DNA from: a virus
Lineage: Duplodnaviria > Caudoviricetes
Reading direction: 5' to 3' (one strand)
Length of the DNA: 64,000 bases
Virus record (IMG/VR): IMGVR_UViG_3300033518_000398
Coordinates: 1 to 64,000 of that record
The first letter of the stretch is position 1, and every line of letters begins with the position of its first letter. Under the pieces are notes generated by a model. It searched no databases, had not been told where the DNA came from, and saw nothing but the letters and a program-made list of their open reading frames with translations. A program made the position numbers and the translations under genes. Below are positions 48,138-57,437 of the stretch, piece by piece.

Positions 48138-48210
48138 GGCGGGGTAGCTTAGTTGGTAAAGCACTTGAGTCATAACCAAGAGACCGAGGGTTCGAGTCCC
48201 TCTCCCGCTA
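48138..48210 (+). tRNA. tRNA with CAT anticodon (probably elongator Met)
   Basis: GGCGGGGTAGCTTAG; loop GT CAT AA; Met versus Ile2 not resolvable by eye. Confidence 0.8.
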
Positions 48211-48217
48211 CAAACAA

Positions 48218-48243
48218 AAAACCTATCGAATTCGATAGGTTTT
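48218..48243. terminator. Bidirectional terminator; perfect palindrome
   Basis: AAAACCTATCGAATTCGATAGGTTTT. Confidence 0.85.
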
Positions 48244-48257
48244 GATTTCCAATATGT

Positions 48258-48476
48258 TTATTTTTTCATGAATAATTTCCATCCAGCATATCCAATGGAT
48301 GTAAATATCCACAGTCCAAGTAATACTTCAGCTAATACAACACCGTCTTTTTCATAGACGTTATTATATGCTAATATTATTACAAGATAATTTACAATAA
48401 TCATCCAATTTTTCTTTAACCAAGGCAATGCTTTTTGCATAAACCATGTTTTAATCTTTTCCCAAAGTTTTTTCAT
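48258..48476 (-). CDS. Small membrane protein
   Basis: Two hydrophobic segments. Confidence 0.7.
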   Translation of the reverse strand: MKKLWEKIKTWFMQKALPWLKKNWMIIVNYLVIILAYNNVYEKDGVVLAEVLLGLWIFTSIGYAGWKLFMKK

Positions 48477-48488
48477 TTTATTTCTATT

Positions 48489-49328
48489 TTAAATTATAAT
48501 TATTTCTTCCCAATTTCCAGCATCATTTTCTGTTTCTGAAATTCCCTTTTCACCACCCAATTGAAATTCTCTTTTATCGATTACCGTGTCTTGAAGAAGT
48601 TGATTAAGTAGTTCATCAGAAAGCGGTGCATATGCTATACCATTGGCATATGACTTGCCCATTCTATATTTAAGTAATTCTCCATTTTTAGATTCGACAG
48701 CAGTTATTTTAACACTACGATATTTTCCACGACTCACAAGATTGTTAAATATTCTATATATATTATGACTATCTCTTTGAAATACAGTTGGTGTAGTCAC
48801 AGATAAAAATTTTTTGTTGTCAATTTCTAAAATAATTGCAATCAATATTTTATTATTTCTTACTGTGTCTGATACACCGAGTTGTTCTTCACTACTCTTC
48901 GTAATTTTATAACCTAAACCCATACCGTTAATTCTATTGGCTTCCCTAAAAAAATTAGAATCATGTGGGTCATAGACGTTATGTTCTCCAGTACTTAATA
49001 ATTTTATATGAATCATTTCGTGTGCCAAAGTGTTTTTAAAAACCATATATGGCATAGCGTAAAAACCTGAAATTGCAAGATATTGTATTTTACTCTCATG
49101 GGTTAATCTATTAATATGTGCACTAACATGACCTAAATTACTTTTTCGATTGCTCCAACGCATTGAAACTCTGGGTAATTGGTTGTTAAATAGTTCACTA
49201 TTTAATTTAGAATATTCATTATATAAATCGATTTTTGACTTATTGATAACATCATTGTCCTGATATTCAATTTCATTTAGAAACCTATCAAGTTCTTCTT
49301 TGACTATGGATTTTAAACTTTGACTCAT
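48489..49328 (-). CDS. SprT-like zinc metallopeptidase-domain protein
   Basis: LNSELFNNQLP, TLAHEMIH, HDSNF; N-terminus IVKEELDRFLNE. Confidence 0.75.
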   Translation of the reverse strand: MSQSLKSIVKEELDRFLNEIEYQDNDVINKSKIDLYNEYSKLNSELFNNQLPRVSMRWSNRKSNLGHVSAHINRLTHESKIQYLAISGFYAMPYMVFKNTLAHEMIHIKLLSTGEHNVYDPHDSNFFREANRINGMGLGYKITKSSEEQLGVSDTVRNNKILIAIILEIDNKKFLSVTTPTVFQRDSHNIYRIFNNLVSRGKYRSVKITAVESKNGELLKYRMGKSYANGIAYAPLSDELLNQLLQDTVIDKREFQLGGEKGISETENDAGNWEEIIII

Positions 49329-49819
49329 TGTTCTACACTATTAAATTTGACAGTACAAAGGTTAGCACTAAAATCGAATAATATTTCTTCTACAAATAAA
49401 CTTCCACCAACTTTCATCATAGTGTCCTCATCTACTTCAAATTTCCATTGATTGTCACCAATGTTTTTATCTGTAGTCTGAACTACTTCATCTGATTGTT
49501 TATCATGCATTTCAATTCTATATTGTCCCTCAACCTTTTCAATATTAATGAAAAAGTTTTTAATACCATAGCTATTTGCTTCAAAACCAATTTTCCATGT
49601 TACATATAGATAAGCGTCAATTATATCAACATCATAATCACTGGAAAATGTACTATAGTTTTGAAATATGATTTGCATTTCAGTTGTACCGTTAACATTA
49701 TTATACATTTTGAGTTCATTGGTAAACCTGAAATTGTCTTCATTCCCAACAACATCTTCGTTTAAAAATTTTTGATATTCTTCGTTAATGATTTTTGAAA
49801 TAATATTCTGAGTATTCAT
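49325..49819 (-). CDS. Late protein with IINEE...FLNE N-terminus
   Basis: MNTQNIISKIINEEYQKFLNE; late motif at 49835. Confidence 0.7.
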   Translation of the reverse strand: MNTQNIISKIINEEYQKFLNEDVVGNEDNFRFTNELKMYNNVNGTTEMQIIFQNYSTFSSDYDVDIIDAYLYVTWKIGFEANSYGIKNFFINIEKVEGQYRIEMHDKQSDEVVQTTDKNIGDNQWKFEVDEDTMMKVGGSLFVEEILFDFSANLCTVKFNSVEQ

Positions 49820-49893
49820 TAATTAATATTTTTTATAAATACTATTAAAAATTTTAAAATTGTACATGTAAATCGTGTGCATCTAAAATTAGA

Positions 49894-50604
49894 ATGAGTA
49901 ATCCCGAAGCAAGAAAAAACATTTCAAATAAATTGTTAGGTGAGAAGAATCATTTTTATAATAAAAAACATTCCGAAAATTCTAAAAATAAGATTAGAAA
50001 CAAATGTGTTATTTTGTTTTCAGGCAATAAAAACCCCATGTATGGGAAAACTGTCTACAGCATATGGGTTAAAAAATATGGAATTGATGTTGCCAACGAA
50101 AAATTACTTTCATATAAGAATAAATTATCAAAAAGATTTAGTGGAACAAACAATCCAATGTATGGTAAATTATCTCCACAAGGTTCTGGCAATGGATGGT
50201 CGGGTTGGTATAATGGATGGTTTTTTAGAAGTCTAATGGAATTAACTTATATGATAAAATTTATTGAAAAAAATAATTGGATTTGGGAATCTGGTGAGAC
50301 AGAGAGATATAATATAAAATATTTGGATTATCGAGGTAATGAAAGAACATATCACCCAGATTTTATCATTAATAATAAAATTATGGTTGAAATAAAACCA
50401 ATAAAATTATGGAATTCAGATGGTGTTCAAAGAAAAAAAAATGCTGCAGAGTTATATTGTGTAAAGCACGGAATGATATATGAATTAATTAATATTGATG
50501 AAATTATTGATATTAATGAATTAATTAATAAAAAATTACTTACATTTACAAAAAAATATTCAGAAAAATTTAAATTACTGATTGAAAAACAAAATCAATA
50601 TTAA
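49894..50604 (+). CDS. NUMOD3 + TnsA-like PD-(D/E)xK endonuclease
   Basis: FYNKKHSENSK, NPMYGK repeats, FRSLMEL, YHPDFII, VEIKP. Confidence 0.75.
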   Translation: MSNPEARKNISNKLLGEKNHFYNKKHSENSKNKIRNKCVILFSGNKNPMYGKTVYSIWVKKYGIDVANEKLLSYKNKLSKRFSGTNNPMYGKLSPQGSGNGWSGWYNGWFFRSLMELTYMIKFIEKNNWIWESGETERYNIKYLDYRGNERTYHPDFIINNKIMVEIKPIKLWNSDGVQRKKNAAELYCVKHGMIYELINIDEIIDINELINKKLLTFTKKYSEKFKLLIEKQNQY

Positions 50605-50614
50605 CTGTAACATT

Positions 50615-50914
50615 ATGCCTGATTATTCTTACAAATTATTCAGACAATTAAAGTCTGGTGAAATTACATCCTTATTTATTAATAAAAAGGAACGATTACA
50701 AAAAGGTGTTTGGATGGAAGCACAAGAATTTCCAACAAAAGGATTTAAATTTAGACCATTTTGGCATTGCACTGAAAAACCCGAAGCACCACACTTAAGC
50801 GAGAAAAACCGAGTGTGGTTAAAGGTAGAGATGGAAGATTTTGAAATCTTTGAAAGACCAGAGCATCAGGGTGGTAAATGGTTTTTGGCAAAACGAATTA
50901 AAATCGTAGAATGA
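50615..50914 (+). CDS. Hypothetical protein
   Basis: MPDYSYKLFR...RPFWHC...PHL...QGGKWFLA. Confidence 0.65.
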   Translation: MPDYSYKLFRQLKSGEITSLFINKKERLQKGVWMEAQEFPTKGFKFRPFWHCTEKPEAPHLSEKNRVWLKVEMEDFEIFERPEHQGGKWFLAKRIKIVE

Positions 50915-51094
50915 TAAAATATTGTAAATTTATTGATTTTAAAAAAATAAATACTCAAATAGAAAGCATCAAATATACACTAAATTAAATGCTGAAATTA
51001 TTAAAATGGTTGATGATGGATTTTCTCCAAAAGAAATTAGTGAATCATTAAAGATTAAGAGAATGACTATATATAATTTAAAACGCAATAAAAA

Positions 51095-52183
51095 ATGGAA
51101 GAAATACTTATTAAAGTTGACTGGAAAGTATTACAAAATTATATTGATAATAATTTAATTATTGCTAATAAACATCCAGAATATAATCTTTGGATACTTA
51201 ATTATAGCTCTAAAACACAATCAAAAAATTTTTGGGATTTATATACAATATCATGTAGAGGATTGATTGTTGATGAAAATGGCGTTGTTGTTGGTAGATG
51301 TATGAGAAAATTTAAGAACTATGAACAGCATGACCCATCAGAAATTGATATGTCGAAGAAATTCGAAATTTTTGAAAAGATGGACGGCTCATTAATTATC
51401 TTATTTTATTATGAACCACGTATGAGGTGGATTGTAGCTTCAAGAGGTTCATTTATCTCAGAACAGTCACTCCATGCTGAGAAGATGATTGATGCAAACG
51501 TGTATAAGTATTTAAACACAAAGTCAACATATTTGTTTGAAGTAATTTATCCTGAAAATCGTATAGTTGTTGATTATGGTGATAGAAATGAACTTGTATT
51601 GCTTGGAAATATAATCACAGCAACTGGTGAAGAATTACCATACGATAAGTTGGTTAGTATATATTCTAAGTTTTTTACTGTTGTCGAAAGGTTTGAAATT
51701 GAAAACATAAACTTTTTAAAGAAATTGAAGGAACTTGAAGAAGATAATAAAGAGGGTTTTGTTGTACGTTTCGAAAATGGTTTCAGAGTAAAAGTTAAGT
51801 TCGAAGAATATATCAGATTACACGGTATTTTAACAAATGTATCAAACTTAACTGTTTGGGAACACTTGAAGAATAACTATAATTTTGATGAACTTCTCGA
51901 CAGAGTTCCAGACGAATTTTATGACTGGTTAATGAGAACAGTAAAAACATTACAGTCAGAATATAATGAAATCGAAAGAGTGGCATTATTAGAATTCGTG
52001 AAAATATATCACATTAATGGAATTACTGACCGTAAAGATTTTGCAACAGAAGTAATAAAAACTGAACATAGTTCAATATTGTTTAAATTGTATGATAAAA
52101 GGTCATATGGTGAAATTATCTGGAAGCAAATCAGACCTGTATACAGCAAGCCATTTAAGGATGGCTTCGAGTATATTGCATAA
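51095..52183 (+). CDS. T4 Rnl1-like RNA ligase
   Basis: ILNYS, CRGLIVD, EKMDGSL (motif I), ASRGSF, FEVIYPENRIVVDY, EGFVV, RVKVK. Confidence 0.88.
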   Translation: MEEILIKVDWKVLQNYIDNNLIIANKHPEYNLWILNYSSKTQSKNFWDLYTISCRGLIVDENGVVVGRCMRKFKNYEQHDPSEIDMSKKFEIFEKMDGSLIILFYYEPRMRWIVASRGSFISEQSLHAEKMIDANVYKYLNTKSTYLFEVIYPENRIVVDYGDRNELVLLGNIITATGEELPYDKLVSIYSKFFTVVERFEIENINFLKKLKELEEDNKEGFVVRFENGFRVKVKFEEYIRLHGILTNVSNLTVWEHLKNNYNFDELLDRVPDEFYDWLMRTVKTLQSEYNEIERVALLEFVKIYHINGITDRKDFATEVIKTEHSSILFKLYDKRSYGEIIWKQIRPVYSKPFKDGFEYIA

Positions 52184-52185
52184 TA

Positions 52186-52217
52186 AAAAATGGCTATGAA
52201 TTTCATAGCCATTTTTA
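52186..52217. terminator. Bidirectional terminator
   Basis: AAAAAATGGCTATGAA / TTCATAGCCATTTTT. Confidence 0.85.
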
Positions 52218-52224
52218 TTTTAAA

Positions 52225-52806
52225 TTATCTGCTAAATCGACTCGCTTGTTCGCCTTCTCCCAAATATTGAAATTTAAAGTTTGGGTTAACTAAGAACGCT
52301 CCACCTGCTGCAATACCTGCAATACGTTCTTCTAACATAGGAATAACTGGTGGTGCAAATCCAGATGCTGGGGAAAGATGCTGTGCAACTTCTTCATAAG
52401 GTACTATTTTCCAATCCAATGTATATATGGTATGAAATGTTTTATCTTCAACAGGAACTATGGGAAAATAAAGTCCGTTCGGTCCTTCCTGCATGATTTT
52501 CACACCTTCAACTGGTTTATATTCAGTAGTACCACCAACAAATTGATAATCTGGGTCTTTACGCCTCATTGATTCTGCATATGTTTCTGCCCATCTAAAT
52601 TTATATGGTTTGTGTTTAAAAACTCTACCAAAATATGGATTTGGATTTTTTCTGTCGCCAGCAACTGTTTTTGGTGCTTTAGCTGGATATGTGTAATACA
52701 CCCATCCCCAAGTATATTTTTGTGGGTCTCTACCCATAAATTCAAGAAAGTCTTCAATTGTTGTAATATCACGACCTTCACTAAGTTCAAACATAAAATT
52801 TCCCAT
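52225..52806 (-). CDS. Hypothetical late protein
   Basis: 193-aa ORF; late motif at 52840. Confidence 0.7.
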   Translation of the reverse strand: MGNFMFELSEGRDITTIEDFLEFMGRDPQKYTWGWVYYTYPAKAPKTVAGDRKNPNPYFGRVFKHKPYKFRWAETYAESMRRKDPDYQFVGGTTEYKPVEGVKIMQEGPNGLYFPIVPVEDKTFHTIYTLDWKIVPYEEVAQHLSPASGFAPPVIPMLEERIAGIAAGGAFLVNPNFKFQYLGEGEQASRFSR

Positions 52807-52904
52807 GTTCTATATTTTCTAATTAATCGCTATTTTTTCATAAATACTTGAAACATTTCAAAAATAATCCTGCTGTTTTTTGTATTTATAATAAACAGAA
52901 AATT

Positions 52905-53717
52905 ATGAAAAAATGGAAATTATTTAATTGGTTCATAAAACCAAAAAAAGGAGAGGCACGAATCAAGTTTGGTTGGAAAAGAGATTTACCTGACCATAGA
53001 GATTTTAAATTTAAAATAACAATACCAGTTGAATTACCAACTAAAGTAGATATGAGGGATTTATGTCCACAAGTTTATAATCAGGGTCAACTTGGAAGCT
53101 GTACCGCAAATGCATTAGGTGCTGCGTTTCAGTTTGAACAAATGAAACAAAATAAACCAAATTGGATTCCTTCAAGACTTTTCATTTATTATAATGAAAG
53201 AGCAATGGAGGGTAACATTAATGAAGACTCTGGTGCAATGATTCGTACTGGTATTAAGACAATGGTAAAAGATGGTGTTTGTCCTGAAACCATGTGGAAA
53301 TATATTGAACATAAGTTTAAAGTGAAACCAAATTCATTATGTTATGATGAGGCATTAAATAGTCAGATATTGGAATATCAGAGAATCACACCACATACAT
53401 TATACGAAGTGAAATATGCGTTGACTCAAGGTCATCCAGTTGTATTTGGTTTCATGATTTATGAATCCATGATGACTGATGATGTTACCAGAACAGGACA
53501 TGTACCAGTTCCAAGGTCAAATGAAAAACCAATTGGTGGACATGCAGTAATGGCAGTTGGTTATGATGACAGCAAAGAATGTCTTATCGTTCGTAATAGT
53601 TGGGGTACTAATTGGGGTATTAATGGTTATTTTTATTTACCATATTGGTATGTTTCAACACCCAATGCATCAGCCGATTACTGGACAATTAAATTGGTTG
53701 AATCAGAGAATAAATAA
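52905..53717 (+). CDS. Papain-like C1 cysteine peptidase
   Basis: QGQLGSCTAN (catalytic Cys), GGHAVMAVGY (His), VRNSWG (Asn); late motif at 52882. Confidence 0.92.
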   Translation: MKKWKLFNWFIKPKKGEARIKFGWKRDLPDHRDFKFKITIPVELPTKVDMRDLCPQVYNQGQLGSCTANALGAAFQFEQMKQNKPNWIPSRLFIYYNERAMEGNINEDSGAMIRTGIKTMVKDGVCPETMWKYIEHKFKVKPNSLCYDEALNSQILEYQRITPHTLYEVKYALTQGHPVVFGFMIYESMMTDDVTRTGHVPVPRSNEKPIGGHAVMAVGYDDSKECLIVRNSWGTNWGINGYFYLPYWYVSTPNASADYWTIKLVESENK

Positions 53718-53744
53718 AATAGTTTAAAAATAATTACACTTTTA

Positions 53745-53776
53745 TTTGGAAATCTCGTATTTATATCTTTACTTTG
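53745..53776 (+). promoter_or_regulatory. Bacteroidota-type promoter variant for leader 3
   Basis: TTTG 53745-48; imperfect -7 element (TATCTTTA 53764 or TTACTTTG 53769). Confidence 0.55.
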
Positions 53777-53803
53777 TATTCAGAATTTAAATATAAAAAC
53801 GCA

Positions 53804-53893
53804 ATGAGAACATTTGGAACATATTATCTTTATAAATCTTATAAGAAAACTCTTATGAGAATCGGGATTTTTATGTCCAAAACGCAAAGATAA
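53804..53893 (+). CDS. Attenuator leader peptide 3 (Tyr/Lys sensor)
   Basis: MRTFGTYYLYKSYKKTLMRIGIFMSKTQR*. Confidence 0.8.
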   Translation: MRTFGTYYLYKSYKKTLMRIGIFMSKTQR

Positions 53894-53919
53894 GCAATGA
53901 TATTTGTGTATTGAAACAG

Positions 53920-53948
53920 AAACCCGATTCGTAAGATTCGGGTTTTTT
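53920..53948 (+). terminator. Attenuator 3 terminator
   Basis: AAACCCGA / TCGGGTTTTTT; CCCGATTC complementary to GAATCGGG at 53859-66. Confidence 0.85.
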
Positions 53949-53988
53949 GTTATATTATTCTTTGAAGATTTGAAAGCGAAATGAAATT

Positions 53989-54077
53989 GGGAGTACGGCA
54001 ACGATGGTGGTGTTGCGCTAAACTGTAAATTTAGTCCCTTCGGGTAAACATTGGAGGTTCGAATCCTTCTGCTCTCA
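53989..54077 (+). tRNA. tRNA-Tyr(GTA)
   Basis: CTAAA-CT GTA AA-TTTAG; long variable arm. Confidence 0.88.
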
Positions 54078-54082
54078 CAAAT

Positions 54083-54156
54083 TCCCTCGTAGTTTAATTG
54101 GTAAAACCCCATACTTTTAATATGCGAAAGTCCCAGTTCGAGTCTGGGCGAGGGAA
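54083..54156 (+). tRNA. tRNA-Lys(TTT)
   Basis: CATA-CT TTT AA-TATG with a C:C mismatch at the top of the anticodon stem. Confidence 0.85.
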
Positions 54157-54280
54157 CTCTGTGATTTTCGAGTCTTAATCATGTGTTAAATTTATTTAGT
54201 TTATAAAAAAATCCTTGCATTTTTAAATAAAATGTATTATATTTGTTGAAAATAACTTTAAGCTAAAGTAATTTGAAAAA

Positions 54281-55045
54281 ATGGCTAATAAAAAGAAAAA
54301 GGTAACAACTACTATTACAACAACAGTTACGGAGGAAATTGTAAATATTCCTTCAAACGAAAAAACTCACATCATCTGTATTTTAGACCAAAGTGGTTCG
54401 ATGGCAAGTATTATGTCGGACAGTATTGGTGGTTTTAATGCATTCTTAAAAAAACAAAAAGAATTACCTGATGACGCAACAATTACTGTTGCATTATTTG
54501 ATGATAAATATAAACTGCTTTATGATAATGTTGATATTAAAAAAGCGGAAGAACTTACAAGTACTGTTTGGTATCCACAGGGAATGACAGCACTTTATGA
54601 TGCAATTGGTAAAACAATTAATGTCGAAAAACGAAATTTTGAAAAACTTGGCAATGAAGCACCTGCAAAGGTATTGTGTGTTATTGTAACAGATGGAGAA
54701 GAAAATAGTAGTAAAGAATATAAACTTGAAGATATCAAGAAACTTATTAAGAAATGTGAAAAGGATGACTGGAACTTCATGTATTTAGCTGCTAATCAAG
54801 ATGCTTTTGCTGTTGGAACAAGTTTTGGTGTAAGTGCTGGAAATACATATTCATATACAGCAACTGCTGATGGTGTATTTAATATGTCCAACACACTAAA
54901 TAATGCGAGTGTAAGCTATAGGTCAATGAACACTACATCTGCAGATTTCAAGGAAAAGTCGAAATCATTGGTTGATGATGTTGATGATAAACTTGATGAA
55001 AATGGTATTATAACCACAAGTAATTCATTTACTGTTTCTAACTAA
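54281..55045 (+). CDS. von Willebrand factor A domain protein
   Basis: MIDAS ILDQSGSM, TALYDAIG, IVTDGEEN; promoter TATATTTG at 54238. Confidence 0.9.
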   Translation: MANKKKKVTTTITTTVTEEIVNIPSNEKTHIICILDQSGSMASIMSDSIGGFNAFLKKQKELPDDATITVALFDDKYKLLYDNVDIKKAEELTSTVWYPQGMTALYDAIGKTINVEKRNFEKLGNEAPAKVLCVIVTDGEENSSKEYKLEDIKKLIKKCEKDDWNFMYLAANQDAFAVGTSFGVSAGNTYSYTATADGVFNMSNTLNNASVSYRSMNTTSADFKEKSKSLVDDVDDKLDENGIITTSNSFTVSN

Positions 55046-55106
55046 AAATTTTCTGTTTTGTATTAATTTCCGTTTTTTTGGAGGGGTGTTTTACGACACC
55101 CCTTTT

Positions 55107-57437
55107 TTATAATCTGAATTTAGCTAATTGCCTCATTCTCTCAAGTTGTTCGTTTAATACTTTCATTCTTTCAACATCTTCTTTAATTGGTTTTTTTCCA
55201 GTCTCTGGTGCGCTTGTATTTTTCTTTTTATCTAAATATTGGAATATGTTTACGAGTTCAGAAATAAATGAAATTATTTGTTTTTTAAATAATAAAATAT
55301 TTCCAGCATCTTTTTTAAATGATTTATTTGGTTCATCCATATTATATCCTTTAGCTTCTTCAAGCTTATTAATATTTCCTTTACTACCAAGTGTACCAAT
55401 TTTATCAATAATATTCATAAATTTATATTGACCAGAATATAATGTTTGTAATATATCATGCATCGAAAGACCAAGTTGTTTAACCTTTTCTGCATCTTTT
55501 GATGAAACATCAAACATTGTTTTAAAATCAACATTCATAATTGGGTTACTTCTTAATTTAGCAATTTGACCGTCAAGTACCCTATCACCAGTATTTTTCA
55601 TTTTCTTTACAATATTTCTAATTATTTCTAATCTGGTTAGAAATTCTTCGAATTTCTGAACATTGTCATAACCCAATCCTCTTTGTTTCTTCAAGTATTC
55701 AATAGTACGTGGGTCTGTAAAATATTTACCTTCTTCCAGTTGTACTTCTTCTTTAATTGGGTTTGGAATTGGCATGGTATTTCCTTTTCTACGAACATTA
55801 CCATCTTTGTCTTTAACTTCATAAGGACTACTATATTCTGGCTTCGTATAATTTCCTCTTGCAGGTCCTTTACGTGCATCAACAGTACTTAATTGTTTTT
55901 CATTATTTTTAACAAACTGAAAGAATTTCTTCAATTGATTATATAAATCATCTGTTGACATTGGTTTTGTTCCACCAGAAGTTGCTCCAGAGGTAGAAGC
56001 AGTATCACCATTGGTTGTAGTGGTTAAATCAACAACTGGTTGATTTTCTGCACTTGCTTCGACAGGTTGTATTGATTGAAATAAATCGTTAAGCGTTTTT
56101 GCTCTCGATTGTTTTTGACCTTTCATTCTCATTAATTTAACTAATGCACCAGTACCAATTAAACCAATTCCAAGTGGTAATAATACTGACCCAATACCAG
56201 CAACACTTGCAGCAATACCTGCTCCAGCACCAACGCCAGCTTTAACTGCCTGTTTCACCACAACGGTTGCCACAAAACTACCTGCTTTAGAAATTCCAAA
56301 TAAGTTTCTACCACCTTTCATATCACCAAAAGTATCTGCTCTGAATAGTTCTCCAACAGATTTATTTGCACCATCACCACTAACTAATTGCTGTAATAAT
56401 TGACCTTGCTGTTCAACAGTTCCACCGCCATTATTCATGAACATTTGTTGAACATTTTCGATTCCGAATTTATCGATAAATCCTTGAACATCCGCACCAG
56501 TTTGAATTGGACTACCTTGTATCTGACTTGCCCAATGTACAAACCCTTGTGCATCTGGTGCACCACCATTGATGGTTTGTGTGATGGCATCAACACCCGG
56601 GGTGTTTCCTCCAAATATGCTTTGAATCAAATTAGCCAACCATTCTGTTTTTGCTAACCAACCAAGTGCACCAAGTGCAGTACCAACACCAAGTAAAACT
56701 GCTGGTAATTTGTTTGATTTAAGTGTTTGCATTCTTTGTGAATCTCTTGCAGTTGCACCTGCACCAGTTTTTGCTTGAAGTTGTTGTCTAACAGCACCTG
56801 CAGCATCTGGTTTTTTACCGCCAGCAGGAGGTGTTGCTCCAGCAGGGGGTGTTGCTCCAGCAGGGGGTGTTGCTCCAGCAGGGGGTGTAGCTGAATTTCT
56901 TGATGGGTCGGCATATACAACAGCTTCATCCATTGTAGAATAAACTGCAGCAAGGTCAACATCGAGATATTTTTTAACATAGGTTGCGAGGTCTTCAATA
57001 ATACCATTTGCAACATCAATAGGTAAAAATCCTTTATCTTCTGATTTTAATTTGGTTGATGCAGCAATAGAATCATAAACGGCACTAATTTCTAATATAG
57101 TTGCTAAAAATTGTTCTTGTTTTTCGTTGTTTGGAAACTTTGGGTTAGTTTCTTTAATTTTTGCATCTAATGCTTTAATTAATTCATTACCCTTTTTATC
57201 TACAATTGCTTTGATTTGTTCTGCAGCAGCTTTATCAACACCACCCTTACCTTTTATTTTACCACCAGCTTTATATCTACCAAGCTTAGATAATCCATAT
57301 TTAATTTTTTCCCATAAATCTTCGTTGAGTTGTTGCATACCTTCTTCGTTAAGACGGTTTTGGTTTTCTGAATAAGTATTACAGTCTTTAATGAAACCTT
57401 CTACGAATTCTTGTATTTTTTGTTCTTCATTAATCAT
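55107..57437 (-). CDS. Large late protein with Gly/Ala-rich hydrophobic segments (candidate ejected/pilot protein)
   Basis: Two hydrophobic stretches; LNE sites at both termini; late motif at 57471. Confidence 0.65.
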   Translation of the reverse strand: MINEEQKIQEFVEGFIKDCNTYSENQNRLNEEGMQQLNEDLWEKIKYGLSKLGRYKAGGKIKGKGGVDKAAAEQIKAIVDKKGNELIKALDAKIKETNPKFPNNEKQEQFLATILEISAVYDSIAASTKLKSEDKGFLPIDVANGIIEDLATYVKKYLDVDLAAVYSTMDEAVVYADPSRNSATPPAGATPPAGATPPAGATPPAGGKKPDAAGAVRQQLQAKTGAGATARDSQRMQTLKSNKLPAVLLGVGTALGALGWLAKTEWLANLIQSIFGGNTPGVDAITQTINGGAPDAQGFVHWASQIQGSPIQTGADVQGFIDKFGIENVQQMFMNNGGGTVEQQGQLLQQLVSGDGANKSVGELFRADTFGDMKGGRNLFGISKAGSFVATVVVKQAVKAGVGAGAGIAASVAGIGSVLLPLGIGLIGTGALVKLMRMKGQKQSRAKTLNDLFQSIQPVEASAENQPVVDLTTTTNGDTASTSGATSGGTKPMSTDDLYNQLKKFFQFVKNNEKQLSTVDARKGPARGNYTKPEYSSPYEVKDKDGNVRRKGNTMPIPNPIKEEVQLEEGKYFTDPRTIEYLKKQRGLGYDNVQKFEEFLTRLEIIRNIVKKMKNTGDRVLDGQIAKLRSNPIMNVDFKTMFDVSSKDAEKVKQLGLSMHDILQTLYSGQYKFMNIIDKIGTLGSKGNINKLEEAKGYNMDEPNKSFKKDAGNILLFKKQIISFISELVNIFQYLDKKKNTSAPETGKKPIKEDVERMKVLNEQLERMRQLAKFRL
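56821..56892. repeat. Four 18-bp tandem repeats encoding (S/G)ATPPA(G)
   Basis: CCAGCAGG(A/G)GGTGT(T/A)GCT x4. Confidence 0.95.

Noticed and set aside
48138-48210. Calling the CAT tRNA an initiator or Ile2
   Set aside because: It lacks the C1:A72 mismatch and the three G:C anticodon pairs of initiators; Ile2 cannot be excluded by eye, so it is left as probable elongator Met.
50911-51094. Frameshifted HTH gene (NAEIIKMVDDGFSPKEISESLKIKRMTIYNL)
   Set aside because: An HTH-like stretch is visible but has no clear start; too little support to call a gene or a programmed frameshift.
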